In this document: piece after piece, positions 26,927-40,158 of the stretch
Position numbering within the stretch: position 1 is the first letter of the stretch
Layout: each line of letters opens with the position of its first letter
From: Octopus bimaculoides
Taxonomy: Eukaryota
Direction of reading: 5' to 3'
DNA length: 64,000 bases
Assembly (NCBI RefSeq): GCF_001194135.2
Contig: NC_068998.1
Coordinates: 24,252,313 to 24,316,312, forward strand
Notes under the pieces: generated by a model
Told to the model about the DNA's origin: nothing
Seen by the model: the letters and a program-made list of their open reading frames with translations, nothing else
Database searches by the model: none
Made by a program: the position numbers and the translations under genes

Positions 26927-28180
26927 AGGAAACAAAATCAGCAGGGGCACACTTGTGTAGGTATGCCATTAAATTATTAAACCTATCCAATTAGAAAAGA
27001 AAATAGAAGAGAACCAACAGACATGTGTCAATGTTTTAAATATATATGTTTTTAAACAGATGCACTTATAAAGCAACTCTTACCAAATGACAGACATGTT
27101 TTGACAAAATAATTATTACTACAATACCAAAAACCAACCTACTTTTATGTAGAAGGGTAACAGAAAAATTAGAACATGATAACAGAATTGTTTAATATTC
27201 AAGACATATGAACCATAAATCTTCTACTTCAAACACAGTCATAGCCAATGCATAATATAATTGGATCAAGCAGAAAACTTATTTCATTCTATCTAGCAGG
27301 AAATTAAATATCTGTGATGGCATCTGTTATATGGGGTTGCTAATCAAAGGGGCCACACTTGAAATGTCCAAACCATATTATTATTTGTGTGCTTCTAACA
27401 TGAAAACGATGAAAATATCTGATACTAGAAATAAAATACAAACTGAAGTTGTCGCCTTTCTTAAGACTATGTCTGGAAGCTTTACTCTTCAACTTTTGGA
27501 ATTTAATTTGTAAATAAGAACCTATAAGCAGTAGTATAGTGAATGATATAAAAGAAATCTTACTTCTTTATAATTAGATTAAGGTCATTAGCAGCATCAT
27601 AGAAATTCAGACATGTTTTCTTAGCTTTAATGCAATAATGTTCACATTTTACTTTGCGAGGTTTTCTCACTTGATGTATTTCAAGTCCTTTTAAGTGAAA
27701 TTTCTTTTATAAGTGATTTGATTATTTCATCAAGAGTATTTTCTTTTCAAGTTTTCTCAAGTTGTTTAGCTGTTCTTAATAGAATATAAATAAACAACTT
27801 AAAGAGTAGATGGTAACATAGGGGATATAACAATTCAGATATATATAACAGCTAAAACAAGACTATTTTATTATATACACTATTCCCAGCTTTTCATGAT
27901 TAAAATTATTCCCCTAATGGTTGAGATATCTTATTGGTAGGCCAGTGAAAGAGTGTCTACATGGTCATTTGATTGACTAACAATAGCAGCCACATTCATT
28001 TTAGCTACAACTCACCATTTTAAAAATATAGAAGCACTGTCTGGGATAATAGACTTGGATAGATTGCCTAAAGGTAAGACAAGATGGACATGTCTGGAAT
28101 GCAACTTGATTAGAACTGGCCTGAAGTTTGTTCTTCTCTGCAGCCAATATTTACAAAAGTCAAGAGAATGAGCAACAAAA

Positions 28181-28250
28181 TCAGCTGCAAACTTGGTCAA
28201 GTTTATGCTCTGACACTTTCAATTGCTTTAAAATATTCCTCACAGCAAGA
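28181..28250 (-). CDS. candidate terminal coding exon of an unidentified gene: (S)LAVRNILKQLKVSEHKLDQVCS*
   Basis: Acceptor AAACTCATTTAG. Starts in phase 2, matching the phase-2 end of the 28567-28427 exon. No homology recognised. Confidence 0.4.
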
Positions 28251-28426
28251 CTAAATGAGTTTACATATAACAAATTTAATAATTCATATAACACACAGTG
28301 ACTTTTCTTTTTTGCTTTAAATATTTATTATCAAACTTTCGTCGATGTCTGAATATCAATAAATTTCTATAAAATGTTTACTTGTAACTTTATGAATATG
28401 TGTGGTAATTTTAATCAGTAGCCCAC

Positions 28427-28567
28427 CTTAACACCACTCGTTGGTTTTGGGGTAATTTCAGAGAAGTCATCTCTGTTGCAAACATTTGAGTCACATTTTC
28501 TGCCTGGAAACAACTTCCTCCCACTCCTCTATCCTCATGGACACTGAATGCTCCATTCCTTCTCTGA
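28427..28567 (-). CDS. candidate internal coding exon (141 nt): QRRNGAFSVHEDRGVGGSCFQAENVTQMFATEMTSLKLPQNQRVVL
   Basis: Strong acceptor TTTTGTTTTCATTATTGCTTAG, donor AAG|GTGGGC, 46 open codons in non-repetitive sequence, phase 2 to phase 2. Confidence 0.5.
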
Positions 28568-31500
28568 CTAAGCAATAATGAAAACAAAACAGAAAACAGG
28601 AGTGTATGAGTAGATTAAAATCAATATCATGATTCTAGAATTGTCTGTCTTGTGTTTCCTTTCACTTATATTTTCAACCTTGGATTTCATTCATAAAGAG
28701 TTGAATCTATCTATGTTTACTTATACTGAATATATAACACAAACTGTAGTGCAAAGGCTGTCATACAACAATGAAACATAACGAGTGAAAATAGATAATG
28801 TACAAAAACTAGCGAACCATGAATTGATCATTATTAAAAGATGTACCATGAAATGTAATGAAACAAACTGAGTGCAATCAAAATGAGAAAAACTTTGATA
28901 TATGAAAAACTGCTTTGTTGGTGTAGAAATGAAAAGATGGCAACTGAGTGTAAGACAGAAGTTCGAAAGATAATAATTTCTAACACACTTTCAAGGCAAT
29001 AAATTTGTGAGGTGGAGACTGTCATTTATATTGCACCCTCGCCAACTCACCAGTGCATAACTGGTACTTCATTTTATCATGCAAAGCTGACCTTGTCAGG
29101 ATCTGAATGCAGAACCTAGAGAGCTCCAACAATTACTACATGGCATTTGCCTAATGCTCAAATGATCTACTAAACTAGTGTAGCAAGCATGTTCGCTCTT
29201 TACATTTTGGCTCATCACGTGATGATCGAGTTCATCCAGCTTTACATGGGCTGTCCATCCCTTAACATAATAGACTAGCCAAGCATGCCAACATCAGCTA
29301 TAGAAGGGAAGCTTTTCTTGCTAATTCCTCAGTGTGGCGGGTTGTCATGAGTGGAATCAGATTTTTGGTATGAGAGCAGTTTTATTCTGCTTTACAGCTT
29401 CAGTGAGGAGAAAATTGTCTAGAGAATTTCTTGTCATGCTTTGTGTTCTTGCTGTGCACCTCAACATGAACAAGAACAATGGTGAACCTATGTATTTTAA
29501 TTAACAGAATTATTCATGTATTCCAGTTGCAGTATTTTCTTTTAGCTGCAAAATAAATGTGGCGGTGAACTTTAACAAGACTTCATCTTTCTTGATGTTC
29601 TTTATCATGACTCTCCTTGACCCAGAGATTATATTACCAGGGCCTTAGCCACAAGCAGTCTTTTTCATTCGGATTATTCTGTCAAATGTAATGCTTATTC
29701 ATATTGTTTAGAAATTAATCATACATTATCTTGTAACTTTGAAATTTTGATATGTTTAGAATGACACTGTAGGGTAGGTATATGAGACCAGATCAGGCTG
29801 GTTTGAACATCTAACAAGTAGAATATTTGGGCCAGATATGGCTGGTTTAGATGCTAAAGTATTAAAAACAATAGTTGTTGCATGACATTTCTTGAAGTAG
29901 TATTCTATGGATAGATGCTCTTACGCCAAAACGTATTTTCAAGAACATAATTTATTCTGCAGGTTTTTCTGAGTTATGGAACATACTCTTCACAGAGGAC
30001 AGCATACCCAGGTGGTGTCAATGCAAAACATATGAAGTCAATGGCATACACATAGTGCATGTACATATATGAATACATATTATACTTCTGTGTGTGTGTG
30101 TGTGTGTGTGTGCTCGTATATAGGTGCAGGATGGCTGTGTAGTAAGAAGTTTGCTTTCCAGCCACATGGCTCTGGATTCTCTCCTATTGCATGGCACCTT
30201 GGGTCTTTTAGTAGTCTTCTACTATAGCCTCAGGCTGACCAAAGCCGTGTCAGTGGATTTGGTAGATTGAAACTCAAAGAAGCCCATCATATATGAATAG
30301 AAAAGAAGTTTACTATTCAGTTCAACAGGATTTTTGACACTTGAACCCCATTCAAGACAAAATATATAAGAAGGGAATTAAAGGGAAAGTATCAAACATG
30401 TTCATAACTATGATACAGAATATGAGAACAAACTGTTTTAACTTCTAGTTTTTTCTTATTTCCTAATCCTTGTCTTTGAATTTTCAGTATTTGATAAGCT
30501 GGATATACACATAAAAACTGGTAATATTATTTAAAAGTCCCTTAATGTGACAAATATAAAAATATCTTGTCTGATTAAAGAAGAAAGTAAAAAAAATCTT
30601 TAAACATACTTTTGTGCTGTTTCCACTTTTCCTTTTCACCTATAACCTTTGATTTGTATACATTCTTAACCTCTTTTCAACTATATATGAAAGCACATGG
30701 CTCAGTGGTTAGAACATAAGGCTCACAATCATGAGATAGTAAGTTCAATTCCTGGACCAGGCTGTGTGTTGTGTTCTAGAGCAAGACACTTTATTTCACA
30801 TCACTCCAGTTCACTCAGTTGTAGAAATGAGCGGCAATGTCACTGGTGCCAAGCAGTATAAGCCTCTGCCCTTCTGTTAAATAAAATCAGTGGTATGGAG
30901 AGGGAGAGGCTGGTCTTCCATAAACGACCTTGCCCAGACTTATGCCTCGGAGGTGAACTTTCTAAGTGCAATCCCACGGTCATTCAAAACCAAAGTGGGG
31001 TCTTTAAACTTTACTCTGTATATATATATCATCATCATCATCATCATCACTTCATTGTCATCATTTTACATCTGCTTTCTGTACTGGCATAGGTTGGATA
31101 AGTCATCACAGTCTGAGTTATTTCTTATTAGGAATCTCTGCTTTGTTCCCATAAACTGATGTTCATATGTATCATATGGCTTGGTTTCTATAGCTGAATG
31201 ACCCTTCTATCATGAACAACTTTAACTGCAACCCCACTGGTTATGACAACAAGAGTTCCAATAGTTGATCTGATCAATGGAGCAGACATTTTTTTAAATG
31301 TCCCTCGTTTTTACGCAATATGATGTGGTTTAAGAATGAGACTAGCACCCTGAGTGATTATGAACTGGTATGTATATAATGTTGTACACAGTAAAGGCTT
31401 CTTTATCTTTATTATTACTGGTATTTCATCTGAGTTCATATTCCGCAGAGGTCGACTCTGCCTTTCATCATTTCAGGGTCGATAAAACAAGTACCAGTTG

Positions 31501-31820
31501 AGTACTGGGGTCACTTTAATCAACTATCCCCCTCCACCAAATTTCAGGCCTTGTGCTTATAGTAGAAAGGATTAGTGTGTTAATATGAGGTTATCAAGGG
31601 TGGCAAGCTGGCAGACTCATTAGTGGGCTGGGTAAAATGCTTAGCGGAATTTCATCCATCCTTACATTCTCAGTTCAAATTCCACAGTGGTCAACTTTTC
31701 CTTTCATCCTTCAAGGGTCAATAAAATAAGTACAACTTGCAGACTGGAGTCAATATATTTGACTTACTCTCTCCCACGGACTTCTTGAGATTGTGTCAAA
31801 ATTCAAAATAAAATAATAAT

Positions 31821-32070
31821 AAATGCACCCATTTAAAGCCTAGCCAGGCTCATGGGCCCGGTTTCCCGGTTTCAATGGCGTATGTGTTCCCCAGTTGGAC
31901 GGGACGCCAGTCCATCGCAGCGTTACTCATATTTGCCAGCTGAGTGGACTGGAGCCACATGAAATGAAGTGTTTTGCTCAAGAACACAACATGTCGCCCG
32001 GTCCAGGAATCAAAACTACAATCTTAAGATCATGATGCTGACACCCTAACCACTGATCCACGCGCCTCCA
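31821..32070 (-). mobile_element. well-preserved V-SINE-like tRNA-derived SINE
   Basis: Minus strand reads TGGAGGCGCGTGGATCAGTGGTTAGGGTG..GATTCCTGG (A/B boxes), TTCTTGAGCAAAACACTT and CTGCGATGGACTGGCGTCCCGTCCA (resembles the V-domain, from memory). It is GC-rich and retains CpGs. Confidence 0.75.
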
Positions 32071-33112
32071 CCAAAATTCAAAAGCAATATCAAATTACAG
32101 GTGTCGAGCTGACAGAATCGTTAGAATGTGAGGCAAAATGCCTATTGTTATTTTTAACACAACGAGCAGGCAGAGTCATTAGCATGCCAGGTAAAATACT
32201 TAGCAACAGTGTGTCCATCCTTACATCCTGAGTTCAAATTCCCTTAAGGTTGACTTTGCCTGTCATCCTTTCAGGGTTGATAAAATAAGTACCAGTCAAG
32301 CACTGGGGTTGATGTAATCAACTAACCCCCTGCCCCCAAATTTCAGGCTTTGTGCCTATAGTAGAAAGTAATACAAGGTTATCAAGGAGGACATTAGGTA
32401 TTAGGATTATTGTGAATAAATTAATATGAATATATATACTGGATTCTGGTTCATTAGTGCTTTTGTAGTGAAATTACTTAATAATTATTTTGTTGAATTT
32501 TTCATTTGTGATTATCAGTATCACTTGTAGAGATTTCTATTGTTGGCTCTATGATTCTGTCTTGAGTATTATTAAAATAACCTGCTGGTTTCTATTTCTA
32601 GCATATTGCAAGACCATATAAAGACTCCCTTGTTGAGATTCCTTGTATCAAGAATGTTGAGATAGCGGGCAGCTGCTGATAGGCAAGCTATTTGTATCTC
32701 AATTTCAAAGCCTTGCAACATTACAGCTATTCAACAACAATAGGACCCTAAACAACAACAGGACATGACAGCATCCATATCAAGTGACAGATTACTAACA
32801 GTTAATATCATATAAATGTTTACCTTGCACTACATATGACGATATTAAATTTGAAATAACAAAGAAATTTGTCAAGCATTTCATTCATTAGCAGTTAAAT
32901 CTATCAATAGATCAATAAAATCACTATTTAATTAGTGATATTGTTTAAAGTCTTCAATGGACAACAATAGAGAGAGGAGAGCTGTATGAAACAAAACTAA
33001 ATAAATAAACTGAATACAATTTTTATAGGATATTCTATATTTTACTCTTTATTATAATAATATGGAGCAATATATAAATAAATGTGACTTTTATTAGCAA
33101 AGTGACTTCATG

Positions 33113-33146
<34 letters not shown>

Positions 33147-33410
33147 TATTCATCCATTGCTTTTTTTCTGTTTTTTGTTTTTACTTTGAACCAGAGATGA
33201 CATCTCATAAAACTATTGACATTGGTTAACTCAATGACTATATATCATAATAGAAACATTGGCAGAAAGCAATGCCAAAAGAAAACTCTTCATGGAGAAA
33301 ATTTAAAATAAGACTATTTTAATTTGCAATTTTAGTTATTCTCTGACAATATGTGAAAACTGATGAATATTTCAGTCTACAAATGTTAAATAAAGACAAG
33401 AACACTTAGA

Positions 33411-33451
<41 letters not shown>

Positions 33452-34717
33452 GAAGGCAGCAAGCTTGCAGAATCATTAGCACACTGGACAAATTGATTAG
33501 CAGCATTTCGTCTGTCTTTACATTCTGAGTTCAAATTCTGTCAAGGTCAACTTTGCCTGTCATCCTTTCAGGGTCGAGAGAATAGGTATCAGTTGAACAC
33601 TGGGGTCAATGTAATTGACTTACTCTCTCCGCCAAAATTTACTGGCCTTTTACCAAAATTTGGATCTATTATTATTATTATTATCTACTAGTGGAGCCAT
33701 TACTACACTAGATAAAATGCATTTCTTAGCAGCATTTCTTCTGGCGTATTATATTCTGAGTTCAAATTCTGCAGTAGTTGATTTTGCCTTTCATGCTTAC
33801 GCAGTCGATAAAATAAGAATAGTCAAGCAATGGAGGTAGTGTAATTGACAAGCCCACTCCCCCAAAATTTCAGACTTTGTGCCTGTAATAGACAGTCATG
33901 ACTATAATTAAAGGCAACAAGCTGACAAAACCATTAGCTCATTAGACGAATTGCTTAGTGGCATCCTTTTTAGATGCATACACTCTAAGTTCAGACTCCA
34001 CCAAGGCCAACTTTGTCTTTTATTCTTTCAGGCTTGTTAAAATAAATATCAGTTGAACACTGTAGTCAGTGTAATCAATTACCCAACTAATATAGGCCTT
34101 GTGCAGGAGTGGCTGTGTGGGAAGTAGCTTGCTTACCAACCACATGGTTCTGGGTTCAGTGCCATTGCGTGGCACTTTGGGCAAGTGTCTTCTACTATTG
34201 CCTTCGGCCAACCAAAGCATTGTGAGTGAATTTGGTAGATGGAAACTGAAAGAAGCCCGTCGTATATATGTATATACATATGTGCTGTGTATATGTTAGT
34301 GTGTCTGTGTTTGTCTCCCCAACATCGCTTGACAACCGATGCTGGTGTGTTTACGTCCCCGTAACTAAGTGGTTCGGCACACGAGACCGATAGAATAAGT
34401 ACTAGGCTTACAAAGAATAAGTCCCGGGGTCGATTTGCTTGACTAAAGGCGATGCTCCAGCATGGCCGCAGTCAAATGACTGAAACAAGTAAAAGACAGT
34501 AAAAGAGAATTGTTATTATTATTGTTAGTGCAATGATCTGGAACGATTGCTACCACAACAGACAAAATGCTTAGCAGTATTTTCCCATTTCTTTACATTC
34601 TGAGTTCAAATGTTGTTGATGTGACTGATTTCCCTTTTCCTTCACAATTGCTGGCTTTGCACCAAAGTTAGAAAGAATAATAATTATTGTTCTTGTTGTT
34701 GTCATTGTTAATATTAT

Positions 34718-34841
34718 TATAGATGCTTTCGATCTAGTTTGGATTCTTTGCCATCAAATTTGATTGCAGAGAATTCAAATTTGATTGCAAAGAATTCAAA
34801 TTTGATGGCAAAGAATCCAAACTAGATCGAAAACATCTATA
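34718..34841. repeat. 124-bp near-perfect palindrome with internal 21-bp tandem units; possible TA-flanked MITE
   Basis: TATAGATGCTTTCGATCTAGTTTGGATTCTTTGCCATCAAATTTGA pairs with TCAAATTTGATGGCAAAGAATCCAAACTAGATCGAAAACATCTATA (1 mismatch). The centre is TCAAATTTGATTGCA(G/A)AGAAT x2. Confidence 0.95.
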
Positions 34842-36526
34842 TTACAAAGTAGAGTGGGAAGCTGGCAGACTTGTTAGCTGGCAAAATGCTTAGTGGCATT
34901 TTGTCTGTCCTTTTGAAGTCAATAAAATAAGTACCAGTTGAACAATAGGATCAATGTAATCACCTGACCCCTTCTCCAAAGTTGCTGGCCTTGTACCGAA
35001 ATTTGAGATCAAGTGTGGATGCTTTCTTGAAGCTTTGTGAAAACAAGGTTCCTCAAATCTAAAGAATTTTTTATAGAATTCTTGCAGAATACAGTATGAC
35101 ACTTTTCTTAAGGTTGACAATATCCTTCAACTTCTTAAGCAGCAATTGCCACAGGAATAATTGCCACTTTTATCTTCCACAATCTCTTCAGCCCTCTGGC
35201 TAGATCCTAATATTACTCAATTCTTTGGCACCCACTCCATTATCATATGGTACTATTATTTGTGTTTTTAATTGTAATGAAGAAGAAATTTATAAAAGTC
35301 TCTGACTAGTAGTTATTAATGAACTTGTGTGGAGTTTATTTTCAGTTGAAAACTTATGTAATAGCCGCAGCTAATGCATAAATATATTTTGCAATTCCTC
35401 TTAGAAACAGACTTTGCATTTTAGAAAAACAACAACAATACTGAACCAATTAAAATAGAAATCATTAAACTACACAATTAGGCAATAATGGGGATATAGT
35501 AATTAAAGAGCAGATAACTGTTTAGAAATTAATTTTACCATCTGATCAATAAGCTGAATGGTTTTCAAATAACTGCATTGTGACCTCCACATTTACAGCT
35601 AGAGTTATTATCATTATCATTATTATTATTTATTTGTTTGTTTATTATTAGTTTTAATCACTTATTTATATATTATATACAATACTGTAAATAATAAGAT
35701 AATAGAATAAGCTGCTTAGATATTTGGTAATTAGAATTATCAATTAGTATGTGATCAGGCCTGTTTACTTCTTGCTGCTGTATACACAACTATATCAACC
35801 TCAGTCCTCAACTGATAATTATTTTATCAACATTGGCAAAATGCAAAGCAAAGCTGACCTTAGTAGATTTTGAATACAAAATTAAGAGATTCCATAAGTA
35901 AATTTGACATTGTCAAAAATGCTAATGAGTCCAGCAGTTCATTTTCATCATTTACTATACATTTGCCAACTGGTATATCTACTATGGAAATATATTAATA
36001 GATTGGAACCTGGTTTGATTTTCTTATAATTGTCATTTCTGTTCAAATTGTTGCACCTGTACTAATTAGTGGTTGTGAATATGATGCCAATTGTCAAAAT
36101 ATATCTAATATATATTTATATGTACATGATTTTATTTAATATGATATCAAAGAGAAATTTAGAAAAACTTTCTGAATAGAGCAAAGCTATACGTTTACAT
36201 TGATCATTCTCTTATAAAGATAAATAATTAAATCCAGAAATTAATCCTGCTCCAGTAAGCATACTTTGAATGTTGAGAAGGCAATAGCATTCTTCATGTA
36301 AACATGGAAAATGGACATTAAACTTGAAATGCATTCTCATAAATTTTTATTTTGGCTCTGAACTACTTTGGCTGATTTATAACTGTCATAACATATGAAA
36401 TGCCTTCTGTGTTGGCTGCGAGAGAAATGAACATCTCTATATGGAGTAGAAATAAGCAGTAAATGACATTCGATTAAATGAATTTGACAATGTAGGTTGC
36501 AGAGATTATTTTCCTTTGCAACTCAC

Positions 36527-36602
36527 ATAACATTCAAAATGGCTGTCCATGGCATCTTGCCATCCTCTTGGTTAAGATCAGCATGATGTAATAAATAAAA
36601 TG
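36527..36602 (-). CDS. candidate coding exon (76 nt): [24 protein letters not shown]
   Basis: Acceptor CTTCACCTGTCTAAAGTTCAG, consensus donor AT|GTGAGT, open frame ending in phase 2, compatible with the 28567 exon. Confidence 0.45.
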
Positions 36603-36695
36603 CTGAACTTTAGACAGGTGAAGAAAGATCAATCCCAGCTGTCATCTAAGGCATTACATTATTCTCAATATTCAAATACACACTATACACATACA

Positions 36696-36735
<40 letters not shown>

Positions 36736-36778
36736 CATATATATATACATATACACATATATACATATATACGCATAT

Positions 36779-36821
<43 letters not shown>

Positions 36822-36863
36822 CATATATACATACACATATACATGCACACACATACATACATG

Positions 36864-36895
<32 letters not shown>

Positions 36896-37048
36896 AATGA
36901 CAACTATAGCCATCACTCACAATCAGGAATGACATGGTCACTAGGATCATGCTTTTACTAATTGTTTTACATGTCCATTTCTTCACAAGCAGACAGACAT
37001 CCTCTAGGCTCTTCCATTTTAATCGAGTAGAATATCTAGAAAATGAAA

Positions 37049-37084
<36 letters not shown>

Positions 37085-38389
37085 AAGCAAGAGACAGAGA
37101 CAGACAGAGAAAGAGGGAGGGAGAGTATATCTGCACTAGTCTGGAACCTATGTCTTCAGCACTGAAGGGACAAAGAGCAAAGTCGGTCTCGCTTTGATTT
37201 AAACTCAGATCATGGAGAGGGGAAAGAAATATTGCAAACCATTTTATCGTATGCTCTGATGATTCAGAAAATTGACAATGACATGCCTCCGTGTGTGTGT
37301 GTTTGTGTGTGCATATAAGTATGTATGTGTGTGTGTGTGTGTGTGTACGTGTGTGTGTGCATGTATGTATAAACATATAAGGAACGGCCTTTCTTTTATA
37401 TATCTTTTAAAAACATGACTATGTTCTAACCTAACTTTTCTGGGAATCAGAACTTCACAGTTCATTCAGAACAATACAGATCCCAAGTTCATTTTTCTCA
37501 ACATTTCAAAGCTTTTACCATTTCATCTTCATGAGTTATTTTGGCACCTTCTGTGTTGCCCTTTCTGCAATAGGCAACTTGTGTTTATAAAGACTATCCT
37601 CATCAGAAATACATATTCACACACACAGGATATACACAAACACACTTATAGCCCTCAATCTTTATCTTCTGCTTCTTTCAGTCATTGGACGGCAGCTATG
37701 CATGCTGGTGCACCACCTTGAAAGTTTTAATGGAATAAATCAGCAACAGGGCTTTATTTTTGTAAGACTATTGCTTATTCTGTTAGTTTTTTTCTTGCTG
37801 AACTGCTAAATTATAGGAATGTAAACAAACCAGCACCAGTTGTTGAGAAGTGGTGGGGGACATATAAAACACAAACACAAACACACACAAACATATATAT
37901 ATATATAATTCAAGATACTTAATTTGCAGTGGAAAACATGCGCAGGTATTGACATGGAAAGAAGTGATTAGCTGGATAATAAAACCTGGATATGTAAATC
38001 TTTGTTCTAATTTTTATTGATTTATTATTTCTGCTGTGATGACACTATGCAGTCTCTAAGGAGATATGGATTTACCAAGTATAGTGAAGTAAATTAACTG
38101 GAGTTCATCTACTTTCACTGAGGTTAGCCAGCATTGTTAACAGGTAAAAGCAGACATGGTACCCGCTCACAATTAAATATATATATGCATACACAAATAC
38201 ACACACAATGGGCTGCTTTCAGTTGCTGACTACCAAATTCACTCACAAAGCTTTAGTTAGACTGGAGCAACAGTAGAAGACACTTGCCAAAGGCGTCACA
38301 GAGTGGCGCTGAACCCAAGACCATATGATTGGAAAGCAAGCTTTTTATCCATAGAGTTATGTTATACCCATGCATAAAATGAAAGTCAT

Positions 38390-38670
38390 TTAGGTTCTAA
38401 CAAGACTTGAACTCACATCACAGAATTCAGAATCTAAAGTATTCACAACTGAAGAGAAAACTTTACCCACAGATCCTAACAGAGTGATACCATGAAAATT
38501 GTCGCATACACATTTTGACCTGCTGCCTTCATAAACAAACACCAAGACACCATCAATTAAGACCAACAGAATCAGTATTTCTTCCCAGCAAGCAACTATT
38601 ATCTTGTGTGTTTCAGGTGCGACAGTGTTATCTCCTGCTTTCAAGAGATCTAAGTGTCTTCCATCTAAAC
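38390..38670 (-). mobile_element. RTE-type LINE RT N-terminal fragment
   Basis: RTPGLDGRHLDLLKAG..HKIIVACWEE..DGVLVFVYEG..KCVCDNFHGITLLGSVGKVF corresponds to the KAPGxDG...NYRGITLLSxxGKVF motif of non-LTR RTs. Confidence 0.88.
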
Positions 38671-38920
38671 CAGGAGTTCTCAACTGTTTCTTTTTTTTAT
38701 CTATGGACCCCTTTCATTAATATTTTACTCTGGTGGTCCCGCAAAGTCATAGAAACTTCTTTCAAAATTCCTGTTTTATTTTTTACACATTAACTTGAGT
38801 AGATTGAACAAAGTAAAATGTTAGAGAAAGAAACCTAGCTGTTTCCAGCAAGACATAACAATACGTACACCTAAGGCAAAATTTTTTCAGGGGCTCCTTA
38901 AAATACTATTATGGATCCCC
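38671..38920 (+). mobile_element. hAT-like (Charlie-type) non-autonomous fragment abutting the RTE fragment
   Basis: Starts CAGGAGTTCTCAAC, resembling CAGGGGTTCTCAAC hAT termini. The right end is lost in (AT)n and a gap, so no TSD can be checked. Confidence 0.45.
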
Positions 38921-38924
38921 AACC

Positions 38925-39001
<77 letters not shown>

Positions 39002-39002
<1 letters not shown>

Positions 39003-39128
39003 ATAGAATATTGTAGATATATATATAAATAGAATATTGTATATATATATAAATAGAATATTATATCTATATAAATAGAATATTATATATATATAAGTAT
39101 AATATTATAGATTTATATATAAATATAA
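39002..39128. repeat. AT-rich minisatellite, ~23-bp unit AATAGAATATTGTATATATATATA
   Basis: About five degenerate copies follow a long (AT)n. Confidence 0.8.
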
Positions 39129-39896
39129 TCATCATCATCGTTTAACGTCCGCTTTCCATGCTAGCATGGNNNNNNNNNNNNNNNNNNNNNNNNNNNNNNN
39201 NNNNNNNNNNNNNNNNNNNNNNNNNNNNNNNNNNNNNNNNNNNNNNNNNNNNNNNNNNNNNNNNNNNNNTCATCATCATCATCATCATCATTTTAACATC
39301 TATTTTTCAGTGCTGCTCACATAGGTTGGACTGAATCTGTGAACTAAATTTTCAACAATCACAAGTTCGTCCTCTCATCAATGCTCACCAGTTTCCAAAT
39401 AAGGTAATATTATTCCTTTTCAAATACGCTTTCATGCCAGAATGGAAACAAAGGAAATGCTTGCATGATGGTGACATTCATTTACAACCATCATATGGCA
39501 TCTAAACGAGAAGACAGCAACACATACACACAAACACACATGCTCACATGTAAACACACAGGCGTACATATACTTGTCTACACATTTATATACAATCAGC
39601 TTCTTTCAGTTTCTGTCTACCAAACCACTCACAAGCTTTTGTTCAGCCTAGGCTATAGGAGAAGACACTTGCACAAGGTTTCCCACAGAGGGTCTGAATC
39701 TCAAACCATGTGGTTAGAAAGTAAACTACTTATGACACAGCCCTGTTGTGTAAATATATATTAGTGTATATTTATGAATGTATCTATATATGTATGTCTG
39801 TGTACCTGTATGTGTGTGTTTACATGCATATACACATACAAATATATACATAAATATATATATATATATACATATATATATACATATATGCAAGAT

Positions 39897-40158
39897 CACA
39901 AATGGTGGTTAACATTTATGACAGTTGTTACGATAGAATTTTATTTATGTATTCATAAATATTGTATCAAAGCAGATAATCCACCATCTTCCAGTAAAAT
40001 TTTGGTTGGATTCATAATCATCAAGGTATCATCTCAGCTTTTTATACCTATTTAAGATTTTATCTGATGATGCTGGATTATATGCTATCATGTAATCTCT
40101 GAATACACCAATAACATTTTATCAAAATAGCAGTCATAAATTCTAAACACCATTTGTG
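39897..40158. repeat. imperfect palindrome, arms ~39897-39994 and ~40064-40158
   Basis: The left arm reverse complement TGGTGGATTATCTGCT..GAATACATAAATAAAATTCTATC..GTCATAAAT..ACCATTTGTG aligns to the right arm TGCTGGATTATATGCT..GAATACACCAATAACATTTTATC..GTCATAAAT..ACCATTTGTG. Confidence 0.8.

Noticed and set aside
37255-37275. CTGATGA-TTCA-GAAA
   Set aside because: There is no room for stem II and no downstream GUH or stem I.
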